Positions 8,017 to 16,601 of a stretch of 20,000 nucleotides of DNA are shown in pieces. The notes under the pieces are model-generated. The model saw nothing but the letters and a program-made list of their open reading frames with translations, did no database searches and was not told the DNA's origin. Origin of the DNA: an uncultured virus (IMG/VR IMGVR_UViG_3300047160_006212) (lineage: Duplodnaviria; Heunggongvirae; Uroviricota; Caudoviricetes); IMG/VR virus record IMGVR_UViG_3300047160_006212. One strand, 5' to 3'. The position numbers and the translations under genes were made by a program. Positions within the stretch are counted from its first letter, which is position 1. Each line of letters opens with the position of its first letter.

Positions 8017-9626
8017 TGGCCTATGTCAGCGACATAGAAGACGAGCCACCGGCAGCCCCCGGTACCCAGCCCGGTCCTCCGAAGGCTGCGCCCAAGCCTT
8101 ACACCCAATCCGATATCGAAAATGAGCCAGAGGTCAAGCAGCCTGAGTATGGTGGGGCATTGGGGTATCTGGAAACTGCATTGATGCACGGTGGGCAAGG
8201 TGCACTGGGCGGCTTCGGTGACGAACTCTATGGGCTGGCGAGGGCGGGATACGATAAGCTATCTGGCGGCGACGAAGACTTTGGCACTGCTTACACAAAG
8301 CATAGAGACACAGCACGCCAGATGCTGGAGGAATCAGCGGCCGAGAACCCCATCACCGCAAATGTATCCGACATCGGCGCATCCATGATCATGCCAACCG
8401 GCAAGCTGAAGGCGGCGGGCTGGGCAGAAAGGGGCATCAGGGGCATGCTATCTGGGGCAGCGCAAGGTGCCGTGCGCGGGGCAGGTGATGCTCCGGAAAT
8501 GTCTGACATTCCTGAACAGGCTGCCAAGTCTGGGCTTGTCAGTGGTCTTCTTGGTGGTCCATTGAACGCCATCATGGGTCCTGCGGGCAAGGCTCTCGGT
8601 AAGGAAATTCCGGGGCCGACCACCCAAGAATTGAAGAACATTGCGGACACCAAATACGATCAAATGCGGTCGATTCCGGTTGAATTCTGGAAGCATGCGA
8701 CCGACCGCGTGGCCGACAACGTCGATGCAGCTTTGCGGAAATCCGGTTATCGGGACTACAATACAAACGTGTTCAAGAACATTGACGAGCTTCGCAATCC
8801 TGCCAATGGCATCAGCCCGAACATGTCAGATATTGAGGCCGTCAGGCAGCTGCTAAATCGGACGGGAAAGGACCCGCGCGAACGTGATGCCGTCAGGATT
8901 GCACAGAGCCATCTTGATGGCTTTCTGAAGAACGTACATCCTACCGATATTATGACCAATCCACGGCTGGCACCGGCCGTCAATCGATTGGCTGTTGAAG
9001 CACGTGGTGACTGGGGCGCCTCCATGAGGGCCAAGACAATCGAGGATGCCCTTAAGAAGGCCGGGCTTGGCACTGCCGCAACCGGGTCCGGAGCGAATAT
9101 TGACAACAAGATACGTCAGGCGTTCACCGGCATCCTGACCAACCCGAAGAAAGTCAGAGGATTTTCTGCCGAGGAACGGCAGATGATGCAGGAGATCATC
9201 AAGCCCAAGAGCGATGTGGCCAGATACTTCGGCAAGTTCGCGCCATCTGGGGTGATATCCACCAGCTTGGCCGCAGACTTAGGCTACATGCTTGCTGGAA
9301 AGACCGGGCTTGGCATGCTCCCACTGGCTGGTTACGCCGCCAAAAAAATCTCGGATGCCAGAACGATCAGCCGGGCGCAGGATGTCGTGAAGGCTGTGCA
9401 ATCGAGGTCGCCAACGGGCGCAAGGGTCGCCGCGCGGAACGCAGCGCTGCCAAGACAGGAAACTCCAGGACTCCTGCAGCGTGGTTTACAGCAAGCGGGG
9501 CGTCAGGGTTTCACGCCGGGGCCTTCGGAGCCATGGACTCCCACGTTAAGGACAAGTGATTACCCTCCTAACCAATCTACAGGCGGGCGTATTGCGCGTG
9601 GTCTAAGGATGGCAAGGATGCACTGA
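8016..9626 (+). CDS. Internal virion / DNA ejection protein, 536 aa
   Basis: TGATG coupling gives ATG 8016. Gly/Ala-rich hydrophobic helices (GGQGALGGFGDEL; SGLVSGLLGG), helical core, C-terminal QSTGGRIARGLRMARMH. Confidence 0.65.
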   Translation: MAYVSDIEDEPPAAPGTQPGPPKAAPKPYTQSDIENEPEVKQPEYGGALGYLETALMHGGQGALGGFGDELYGLARAGYDKLSGGDEDFGTAYTKHRDTARQMLEESAAENPITANVSDIGASMIMPTGKLKAAGWAERGIRGMLSGAAQGAVRGAGDAPEMSDIPEQAAKSGLVSGLLGGPLNAIMGPAGKALGKEIPGPTTQELKNIADTKYDQMRSIPVEFWKHATDRVADNVDAALRKSGYRDYNTNVFKNIDELRNPANGISPNMSDIEAVRQLLNRTGKDPRERDAVRIAQSHLDGFLKNVHPTDIMTNPRLAPAVNRLAVEARGDWGASMRAKTIEDALKKAGLGTAATGSGANIDNKIRQAFTGILTNPKKVRGFSAEERQMMQEIIKPKSDVARYFGKFAPSGVISTSLAADLGYMLAGKTGLGMLPLAGYAAKKISDARTISRAQDVVKAVQSRSPTGARVAARNAALPRQETPGLLQRGLQQAGRQGFTPGPSEPWTPTLRTSDYPPNQSTGGRIARGLRMARMH

Positions 9627-9627
9627 C

Positions 9628-10569
9628 ATGGTCTCGACCTTTACATCAAATGTTCAATTGGAAGAGCCCGCCCGCATGGATTACGTCGGGACTTGGGACC
9701 TTCCTATCAACAGCAATACGACCAATCTCGACCTGATGCTTGGCGGTATTGCCAGTATTGTGATTGGTTCAACGACGGTCACGCTGACATCGTCGCAATA
9801 TCTTTGCAAGACAATCGCCTTCAGTGGCACCCTGACCAATAACACACAGGTGATCTTTCCATCCTCGATCTCGAAATCCTATGAGATTTACAATCTAACC
9901 AACAATCCCGGCGTCTATCAGATCGTCCTGAAATCAACGGGTACCGGGCGAACACTTTGTGCGCCGCCATTCGACGTGACGGATGTTTTCTACAATGCGA
10001 CGTGGTCAAGCAGCAATTATTCAGGGTTCCATCTGAAGAATCGCTTGGTCGGGTCTTTATGGGACCATGGCGGATCATCAGTTCCTGCATGGGTCAGCCT
10101 GAGTTCCCCAATGCCATATCTGAATTGCGATGGCTCGAACTTCAGTCCAACTTTGTATCCCATGCTGAACAGTTTCCTTGGTGGCACTACATTGCCTGAC
10201 TTGCGTGGCAACGTGAAAGCTACCCTTAATCAAGGTACGGGCAGGCTAGTCAATGTCATCAACGGCAATACCAATCTGGCCATTGGTGGCACCGATACTG
10301 TGACATTGACGGCGGCCCAATTGGCGTCGCACACGCACGCAAATACTCTGTCCGATCCCGGCCATACCCATCCGCTTACGGCCGTCTTCAGCACACCAGT
10401 ATCAGCACAAACCGGCGGTGGTGGATTTTCTGGTGCAGTCTCCGCCGGAAATACTGGAACCGGATATACAAGTATGAGCATTAACAATGCTGCGGCCGGT
10501 AGCGGCGCGTTCCATTCCAACCTTCAGCCGACTACGGTTTGTGGCATCACCTTGATCAGGGCAGGATAA
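9628..10569 (+). CDS. Tail fibre protein with tail-collar domain
   Basis: N-terminal anchor (LEEPA...GTWDLPINSN), collar motif YLNCDGS...YPML...TLPDLRG, then GGTDTVTLTAAQLASHTH...DPGHTH...HSNLQPT. Confidence 0.85.
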   Translation: MVSTFTSNVQLEEPARMDYVGTWDLPINSNTTNLDLMLGGIASIVIGSTTVTLTSSQYLCKTIAFSGTLTNNTQVIFPSSISKSYEIYNLTNNPGVYQIVLKSTGTGRTLCAPPFDVTDVFYNATWSSSNYSGFHLKNRLVGSLWDHGGSSVPAWVSLSSPMPYLNCDGSNFSPTLYPMLNSFLGGTTLPDLRGNVKATLNQGTGRLVNVINGNTNLAIGGTDTVTLTAAQLASHTHANTLSDPGHTHPLTAVFSTPVSAQTGGGGFSGAVSAGNTGTGYTSMSINNAAAGSGAFHSNLQPTTVCGITLIRAG

Positions 10570-11084
10570 TGCCAGCAAGCATCACCGATCTTGTGACTGC
10601 AATCCAGAACGGTGTGACGGCTGCCAACAATTTGAATGCACTTCTTACAAATGCCACACTCAATAGCAGTTCATTGCGGGTTACATTCAGTTCTTCGCTG
10701 GTCTTTCCCACCAGCCCAATCACAAACTCGCTTGCGGCTGACATTCCTCTCAATAACACCGCCCAATATTTCCATGGTCCCGTTGTGACGCAGGGCTCAA
10801 GCGGAACATGGTTTGTGTCCGGAACCGTGACACTGCGGGATACCGCAGGAGCGGCTAATTTCAATTGCGTGCTTTGGGATGGCACGAATGTGATAGCTTC
10901 GGGTGCCGTTTATGCGCCTGTTGCGGGTGCAAATGCCGTTGTTGCACTGTCTGGTTACATAGTATCACCAACGGGAAACCTGAAAATTTCTGTTCAGGAT
11001 GTTACAAGCGTGTCTGGTCTTATCAAATACAATATTTCTGCCAACGCACATGACAGCACGATCACAGCATATAGGATTGCATAG
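10569..11084 (+). CDS. Putative short fibre / receptor-binding protein, 171 aa
   Basis: TAATG coupling gives ATG 10569. N-terminal coiled coil (SITDLVTAIQNGVTAANNLN) followed by a beta-rich domain ending STITAYRIA. Confidence 0.6.
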   Translation: MPASITDLVTAIQNGVTAANNLNALLTNATLNSSSLRVTFSSSLVFPTSPITNSLAADIPLNNTAQYFHGPVVTQGSSGTWFVSGTVTLRDTAGAANFNCVLWDGTNVIASGAVYAPVAGANAVVALSGYIVSPTGNLKISVQDVTSVSGLIKYNISANAHDSTITAYRIA

Positions 11085-11086
11085 CT

Positions 11087-11257
11087 ATGCCATCCCCAAC
11101 ACCAGCATCTGGCAGCTTGACGGATATTCTCAGCGGTCTTCAGAACGGGGTGGTTGCGCTCAACAATCTGAACAAGACTTTGAATGCTGTTGCCACGACT
11201 TATACGTCATCCGGAACCACGGTTGTCACAATTCACCTGACCCATGTGTCAAGCTGA
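11087..11257 (+). CDS. Small 56-aa protein, paralogous to the N-terminus of the upstream gene (absent from the ORF track)
   Basis: Hand translation: MPSPTPASGSLTDILSGLQNGVVALNNLNKTLNAVATTYTSSGTTVVTIHLTHVSS. Fills the gap exactly and ends in a TGATG overlap. Confidence 0.8.
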   Translation: MPSPTPASGSLTDILSGLQNGVVALNNLNKTLNAVATTYTSSGTTVVTIHLTHVSS

Positions 11258-11493
11258 TGATCCTGTCGGTTTCCATATTGGTGCTGCTGCATCTGATTCA
11301 GTTGCATGGACCAGACGGACAAATCATTGACGTCAATCCCAATGAGGTATCCTCGTTAAGGGAGCCACGCGAAGGGTCCGAAGGCCATTTCCCCAATGGA
11401 ACCAAATGTATCATAAGCATGACCAATTCAAAACTCGTGTTTGTCACAGAGGACTGTGAACTCATTCGGATGGAAATTGAAGGGATGAAATAA
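11257..11493 (+). CDS. Small protein, 78 aa, hydrophobic N-terminus, FlbD-like pattern
   Basis: ATG 11257 in the TGATG overlap. LIQLHGPDGQIIDVNPNEV...CIISMTNSKLVFVTEDCELI resembles the FlbD family pattern. Confidence 0.55.
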   Translation: MILSVSILVLLHLIQLHGPDGQIIDVNPNEVSSLREPREGSEGHFPNGTKCIISMTNSKLVFVTEDCELIRMEIEGMK

Positions 11494-11524
11494 ACCTTCT
11501 ATCCTGCGCCAGGGAGTATGACAA

Positions 11525-12490
11525 ATGCGTATTGTCATGTCGAGCGGCCACGGAAAATTCGTGCCGGGCGCGAGTCATTACGTTGATGAAGTGACAGAGT
11601 GTAGAAAGGTAGTAGAGGCTACCGCTGTGTATCTACGAGAGAATGGTCATGAAGTAATTACATTTCATGACGATACTAGCACAACTCAGAGTGAAAATCT
11701 CGATACCATCATTGAATTTCACAACATGCAGGGCCCGCATGATCTCGACGTCAGCTGCCACATGAATGCCTATATTCCAACTGACGGCCCGATGGGTACC
11801 GAAGTCTTGTATCTGACTCAGGAATCTTTGGCGCAGGTGGTAGTAGACGCCATTGCAGAAGCTGGTAACTTTACAAATAGGGGTATCAAAAAAAGAACGG
11901 ACTTGGCATTTCTCAATGGCTGCTACGCGCCGGCCATTTTAATTGAAGTTATGTTTGTTGATTCAAAAGAAGATACAGATTTGTACAAGGCGAATTTCGA
12001 TGAAATATGTGAGGCCATTGGCAGCGTCGGAACTGGCGACACTCCCGTTGCGCACATCAAGGTATCCGGAAAGGTCAGCTGGTTCGGCGGACCAGAAGAT
12101 ACTGGTGTCGATCCCGATGAGGGGTTGGCATTCATCTACGACTACAGCATGGCCCCACAGATACTTCTGGACGAGCAACCTCCCGGCACAACAGGATTGG
12201 CCCGCCGACTGGACCCAAACGCTCCCTATGTTGCCATTCGTTGGGAATACGGGGTGACTCCGAAGTCCATGTTGCAGAACCCCCGGCTTGTGGCAAAGGT
12301 CAGCGGTGGCGGGAAGACGTTCTATGCATGGCCAGGAGACTGGGGGCCTGATTCGGGAACTGATCGGGTCGCGGACATATCTCCTGGATTGCTGGAAAGA
12401 CTAGGTCTTATGACGGACGACCAAGTCACGGTCGAATATCCATTTGAGCTGCCTGACCCCTATAAGCCCCTAGGGAACACTATGGAGTAA
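11525..12490 (+). CDS. Endolysin: N-acetylmuramoyl-L-alanine amidase (Amidase_3) plus C-terminal RlpA/DPBB-like domain
   Basis: Zn-amidase motifs SSGHG, E, VSCHMNA, GTEVLY, PAILIEVMFVD. C-terminal GKVSWFGG...DWGP...RVADISP. GGGAG SD upstream. Confidence 0.9.
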   Translation: MRIVMSSGHGKFVPGASHYVDEVTECRKVVEATAVYLRENGHEVITFHDDTSTTQSENLDTIIEFHNMQGPHDLDVSCHMNAYIPTDGPMGTEVLYLTQESLAQVVVDAIAEAGNFTNRGIKKRTDLAFLNGCYAPAILIEVMFVDSKEDTDLYKANFDEICEAIGSVGTGDTPVAHIKVSGKVSWFGGPEDTGVDPDEGLAFIYDYSMAPQILLDEQPPGTTGLARRLDPNAPYVAIRWEYGVTPKSMLQNPRLVAKVSGGGKTFYAWPGDWGPDSGTDRVADISPGLLERLGLMTDDQVTVEYPFELPDPYKPLGNTME

Positions 12491-12511
12491 GGGGGTAGGG
12501 GGGGGTGTACC

Positions 12512-12541
12512 AAAAAATCCACAAGACCCATTATGGGTGGA
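12512..12541 (-). terminator. Possible rho-independent terminator of the leftward operon
   Basis: Minus strand reads UCCAC-CCA-UAA-UGG-(GUCUU)-GUGGA followed by UUUUUU, in the convergent intergenic gap. Confidence 0.45.
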
Positions 12542-12621
12542 GTTATGCTGATTCAACATATTCAACATAGCTATCTACGTGCTTAGCAGCAAGCTCATAG
12601 GCCGTAGATTCGCTCACTCTG

Positions 12622-13044
12622 TCACTCCATGAGTTTCCTGATAAGATCAGCACCATCTTCCAACTGCTTTCTGGTCAAACCACTCGGTTGCCGTTTGACC
12701 ATGTCCTCGTGACCCACTTTGGCTTCATCATAGGTAGAATAGCGCCGCATATCACCATCGTTCTTGCCGCCGAACACCAAGGTTTCGAAGACCGCCAACC
12801 TTCCATCCCAGCCATGGTCAAGCCCAAGGAACACCGTGGAAACTCTGGCCAGACCTATGGTCGTGGAAAATAATTGGCATTCACTGGCGTTAACCCATTC
12901 CAGATAGTCTACGTGATTTGAAAAATGTTCAGCCCACGGGATAACCTCGTGGGTTACTGGGTCAAGGTAATACCAGTTGACACAAAGTTCCTCGATCACT
13001 TCGCCCGGAAGTTTTTCAGTCTTGGATTGAGAGAGTGTCTTCAT
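12622..13044 (-). CDS. Conserved phage hypothetical protein, 140 aa
   Basis: ATGA overlap with the HNH stop gives start 13044. Motif VSTVFLGLDH...FETLVFGG...RYSTYDEA..GH recurs in phages. Confidence 0.75.
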   Translation of the reverse strand: MKTLSQSKTEKLPGEVIEELCVNWYYLDPVTHEVIPWAEHFSNHVDYLEWVNASECQLFSTTIGLARVSTVFLGLDHGWDGRLAVFETLVFGGKNDGDMRRYSTYDEAKVGHEDMVKRQPSGLTRKQLEDGADLIRKLME

Positions 13045-13415
13045 CTTTTGACCACTGTGCCGTCGAGGCATTTCTTCCATCCGGAGTTTTTATTTCCCAT
13101 GATAGGCCGTCCTTTCTTGCGCTTAATGCCAAGATGATAGGCCCTCTTTCGGTAGTTCTTGGACTTTATTCTAACGTCTTCTCGTGTTTTTTTCCGATGT
13201 GGTTCACATAAAACAGGAGCCAGATTAAGTTCGCGATGTTCACCCCCATTGACAAGAGCAACAATGTGATCGAGGTCCCATCGTTCGCCAGCCCTAATGA
13301 GCCGACCACTAAGGTGACACCGGCCGCCACAAGCATCAAATATACGAGCACGAACGTGTGGCGGAACAGCTTGTCCATCATGCTTGCCAATCCATTCCTT
13401 GACCGGCCGGGTCAT
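13041..13415 (-). CDS. HNH endonuclease, 124 aa
   Basis: GRCHLSG...WDLDHIVALVNGGEHRELNLAPVLCEPHRKKT. ATGA-coupled start at 13415. Confidence 0.85.
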   Translation of the reverse strand: MTRPVKEWIGKHDGQAVPPHVRARIFDACGGRCHLSGRLIRAGERWDLDHIVALVNGGEHRELNLAPVLCEPHRKKTREDVRIKSKNYRKRAYHLGIKRKKGRPIMGNKNSGWKKCLDGTVVKR

Positions 13416-13858
13416 TTTACCCACTTGTAGCTTCTTCCCATACGAACATGCCAAATTACGGCGTGGGATGCTCCGTACCTTTGTACAAATTCTTTTATTG
13501 GAGTGCTAATTTCTGACTTGATTGTTCTGACTTGATCTTCTGTTAACTTTAAAGGACGAATTTTTTCGCCTTTTGCCTGCCTGTTTTTCGCAACCATGTC
13601 GTCGCTATTGTCTTGCGGCGTTCCTAAAAATAAATGATCTGGATTAACACAGGCCATGTTATCGCACTTGTGGCAGATATAAAATTTGTCTGGAATATCC
13701 CCAAAGTAGACTTTCCATATGTATCTATGAGCCAATACGGTTAGGGCGTGAGACTCAGAAAATCGAGCATATCCATTACTGAAGTAACCTCCATCCCATA
13801 ACCAACATCCGCTATTTGGTTCCGGCGACACTTTACTCATAAATCTTTCAAGGGACAT
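13412..13858 (-). CDS. HNH homing endonuclease (HNH_3 type) with C-terminal HTH
   Basis: GCWLWDG...AHRYIW...ICHKCDNMACVNPDHLFLGTPQDNSDD...KLTEDQV. Visibly AT-richer than the virion genes. Confidence 0.9.
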   Translation of the reverse strand: MSLERFMSKVSPEPNSGCWLWDGGYFSNGYARFSESHALTVLAHRYIWKVYFGDIPDKFYICHKCDNMACVNPDHLFLGTPQDNSDDMVAKNRQAKGEKIRPLKLTEDQVRTIKSEISTPIKEFVQRYGASHAVIWHVRMGRSYKWVK

Positions 13859-13860
13859 GA

Positions 13861-14187
13861 CTACATCCTCATTTCGGCTCTTGCCGTAGCTTCCTTTGAG
13901 CTTTCTTCTTGAAAGCGCATTTTGATGTATTCGACTTCGACCTTAAGCCGATTGGCCTTTGTACGAAACAGTACCATTTGCCTGACAAAATCTCTGTAAT
14001 CATCGCTGGACTTGACGATATTCTCAGCCCTGTTGACGGCGACTTTGGGATTTTCATCAAGTATCTTTCCGACCATTTCGCTGAAAGTCGCAGATTTTGT
14101 TTCTTCAAGCAAGGAAGCAGCTTCATCAGCTGCGACCCACTCCAAGGCCGCCAACCTGTACTGTTCAGATAGGGGTTGATTAATCAT
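13861..14187 (-). CDS. Helical phage protein, 108 aa, possibly a UvsY-like recombination mediator
   Basis: ATGA-coupled start at 14187 (MINQPLSEQY...). All-helical pattern, located in the recombination operon. The function is inference. Confidence 0.6.
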   Translation of the reverse strand: MINQPLSEQYRLAALEWVAADEAASLLEETKSATFSEMVGKILDENPKVAVNRAENIVKSSDDYRDFVRQMVLFRTKANRLKVEVEYIKMRFQEESSKEATARAEMRM

Positions 14188-14597
14188 AGCGTATTCCAGT
14201 GCAAGCGCTGATGGCATTTCGCGCAAAGCCACATCACTGAGAGTTTCTTTGTGTAGTCTTCGTGGTGACCGTGGCTGCGGGGATTGCCGCACTCCTGACA
14301 AGGCATCTTTATAAGCTTCCCATCGCGAACGGCGTTGTTGACCGCGTTGTTGGCTATGTACTTTTCTGGGTTCTTTTTGCGCCATGATTTTGCATTCTCC
14401 GCCAACTTCGCCTTTCTTTCTGGGTTGTGATATCGTCTCCGGTCGTATTCCTGTACTGACGGATTGTTGCGGCGGCGCCGACGTACTCTGGCTTTCCAGC
14501 ATTCCTTGCATTGATTTACATGTCCGTCTGACATGTGTGCTAGACGGTAGAAATTATGCAGCGATTGCTTTCGTCCGCAAATTGTGCAAGACTTCAT
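14184..14597 (-). CDS. Zn-finger / HNH-type endonuclease, 137 aa
   Basis: CTICG...CKEC N-terminal finger; CQECG...HGHHEDY...VMWLCAKCHQRLH. Confidence 0.8.
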   Translation of the reverse strand: MKSCTICGRKQSLHNFYRLAHMSDGHVNQCKECWKARVRRRRRNNPSVQEYDRRRYHNPERKAKLAENAKSWRKKNPEKYIANNAVNNAVRDGKLIKMPCQECGNPRSHGHHEDYTKKLSVMWLCAKCHQRLHWNTL

Positions 14598-14963
14598 TTA
14601 GGAAATACCGAAAGGTATGTCATCATCCATGTCCCTTTGCGGGCGACCTCCGCCACCTTGGGGTCCGGTGGTGATGTTAAGGTTTGTGCGCGGCTGAAAC
14701 CTCCGGAGGCCAGTTGAAGACATGGTAGGGCGCTGTGGCTGGGCTTGCGGTAAAGCCTGTTGAGCCTGTTGCGTTCGCCGCACATCTTCATCGACGCTCA
14801 GATAGGCGTCCCCCTTCTTGGACGTTCGGGGCCAGCAGGCCACGTACAGCTTGGTCCCAGCCGGGATATCCTCGTGGATATCTATGAAGCCTGAGAACGC
14901 CGGGCCGTTGGGATTGGTGCCCTCAAAGAGGGCGCCGTTGATCTTCTTCGGTTGGTTGATCAT
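14598..14963 (-). CDS. Putative single-stranded DNA-binding protein (DUF736-like), 121 aa
   Basis: GALF...PAFSG...VACWPRTSKKGDAYLS, Gln/Pro/Gly linker, acidic tail DMDDDIPF. Directly downstream of ERF. Confidence 0.75.
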   Translation of the reverse strand: MINQPKKINGALFEGTNPNGPAFSGFIDIHEDIPAGTKLYVACWPRTSKKGDAYLSVDEDVRRTQQAQQALPQAQPQRPTMSSTGLRRFQPRTNLNITTGPQGGGGRPQRDMDDDIPFGIS

Positions 14964-14965
14964 GA

Positions 14966-15889
14966 CTAATGCCTTTCGAAGGTCTTGCGGACCTTGATCA
15001 GGGATGCATTGAGGTTGTTGAACATGCGGGGTGCGTAGGTCTCCATGTTCTTCAGCGGAATGGCATTGAGTTTTTCCAGTTCCGTCAAGTCTTCGGCGCT
15101 GTCCAAGGCCCGGGCGGTCGCAATGAACTCTTTGCCCCACCCCATCCAGTCGCTTGTTTCGCCATCCTCGCTGAGTTCCACGTCGATCTTGCGGATCAAC
15201 TGGTTGATGTTGGTTTCATCCTGCTCTTTCCATGCTTGGGAAGGTGGTTCCTCCGAAGAATGTTCGGGTTCCATCTTCGGAGGCTTTGCGCGGCCCATAT
15301 TCTTGACGACCGCAGGGGTTTCCTTGATCGGGTCAGGCGCAATCTTTGGTGCCTTCATCGACATGGCCTGCACTTGATTGCCGTCCGCTGCATTGGCGTC
15401 GTCGTCTTCATCGGCTGCGACGCCAACCAACGCTGCCAAGCAGTACCTTTTCATATAGGTCAGGGAACTGCCGAATGGCTGGTTGCCTTCCTGCATGATG
15501 ATCAGTGGCACAACGCTGCTGATGAACTGATTTTCGTAATGGAGCGAGGTCGTCAGGTAGTAAAGACGCTCACGAGGTTCATAGGTGAGGACATGTGTAA
15601 ATGCTACACCATTTTCAGATAGAGCCTTCTTGATGCCCTTTACGATGGAAGCCAGCGTCGCATAGCTGAATTCATAACCGGGCCCGCTGCGGGCTTGCAC
15701 CTTGACGGTGCGGTCCCGTTCGATATCGCCGATCATACCCTGGGCTTTGGCCAAAGCCTGCATCAGAGCGCTGACATCAGCCGACTGACTGCGGATTTCC
15801 GCAACCGTTTTTGCTAGCTCGGATTGAAAGTCGGAGGGCGCGGTCGCGCTTGACGACCACGCCGTGTCCTGTTGCGGTTCGTGCATCAT
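14966..15889 (-). CDS. erf: ERF-family ssDNA annealing protein (start uncertain)
   Basis: ALAKAQ...YEFSYATLASI...GSSLTYMKRYCLAALVGVAADEDDDAN is the ERF signature. Confidence 0.9.
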   Translation of the reverse strand: MMHEPQQDTAWSSSATAPSDFQSELAKTVAEIRSQSADVSALMQALAKAQGMIGDIERDRTVKVQARSGPGYEFSYATLASIVKGIKKALSENGVAFTHVLTYEPRERLYYLTTSLHYENQFISSVVPLIIMQEGNQPFGSSLTYMKRYCLAALVGVAADEDDDANAADGNQVQAMSMKAPKIAPDPIKETPAVVKNMGRAKPPKMEPEHSSEEPPSQAWKEQDETNINQLIRKIDVELSEDGETSDWMGWGKEFIATARALDSAEDLTELEKLNAIPLKNMETYAPRMFNNLNASLIKVRKTFERH

Positions 15890-16601
15890 CTTGTACCAAT
15901 CCTTTCAGTTGTTTCTCTGCTTCATCATACTTGATTTTTGCAAGTCTATGTTCAAGCCAATCTGCTGCTGCGCTTGCCCATGCATTTGAACCACTCATAT
16001 CATAATCACGAAGACGGCTAATTTGTGGTGCGATAACAGGATCAAGCTCAACCGGTTCTGTAAGAGCCCAGACATGCGTCATGAACTTCAGCGCACGCGC
16101 CATCAGTTCTTCTGCATATCCTTTGTCGTATTCAATGATATCTACAGTGGGTTGACGGGCACCTTCGATGATGGTTGCCACGCAATAACGTGTCCGTGTG
16201 CACTCCATTTGCCAATGGAATTGGGGCATATATCTTTGGAGGACTTCGTCATGCTTGGTGAAGCCGCTTGTGTGTTTTGCCTCTATAGGTGCAGGAATAG
16301 TATCATCAAATCCGTCTAATGTTGCGGATGCCCATGGATAATCAGGGTGAATGACAACTTCTCCGCGACGAATGACGGGCTTGCCTTTGATCTTAGTGTA
16401 CCAATCCAAGTTGAGCGACTCAGTGCAAGACCCTAACTGTACAGCCCATATATCATCCAAGCTTTCTTCAATCGCAGTTGGGTCGCCGCATAGTTCTCTC
16501 CACAACTGAATGATCTTAGCTTTGTCACCCGTCATAAGAACACCAACCCGCGATCCGGTCAGTTTGCCGTCTCTAAGCTTTCTTTGGGCTTCCGTCAGCA
16601 T
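15777..16601 (-). CDS. YqaJ / lambda-exonuclease family nuclease, 274 aa
   Basis: R.GKLTGSRV, G...E, HPDYPWASATLDG, IEAKHT, YMPQFHWQM. Likely start MLTEAQ at 16601. Confidence 0.9.
   Translation of the reverse strand: MLTEAQRKLRDGKLTGSRVGVLMTGDKAKIIQLWRELCGDPTAIEESLDDIWAVQLGSCTESLNLDWYTKIKGKPVIRRGEVVIHPDYPWASATLDGFDDTIPAPIEAKHTSGFTKHDEVLQRYMPQFHWQMECTRTRYCVATIIEGARQPTVDIIEYDKGYAEELMARALKFMTHVWALTEPVELDPVIAPQISRLRDYDMSGSNAWASAAADWLEHRLAKIKYDEAEKQLKGLVQDDARTATGHGVVVKRDRALRLSIRASKNGCGNPQSVG

Noticed and set aside
12491..12505. G-quadruplex at the G-rich tract
   Set aside because: Only G5 and G8 runs are present, insufficient for a canonical four-tract intramolecular G4.
14188..14511. N-terminal extension of the 216-aa ORF (likewise extensions of the ORFs at 10999, 15140, 16667, 17873, 18613, 18629, 18796 and 18941)
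   Set aside because: They overlap better-supported genes or regulatory DNA; internal ATGs with stop-start coupling or SDs are more plausible.
14969..15622. 217-aa + strand ORF
   Set aside because: It is antisense to the clear ERF gene.
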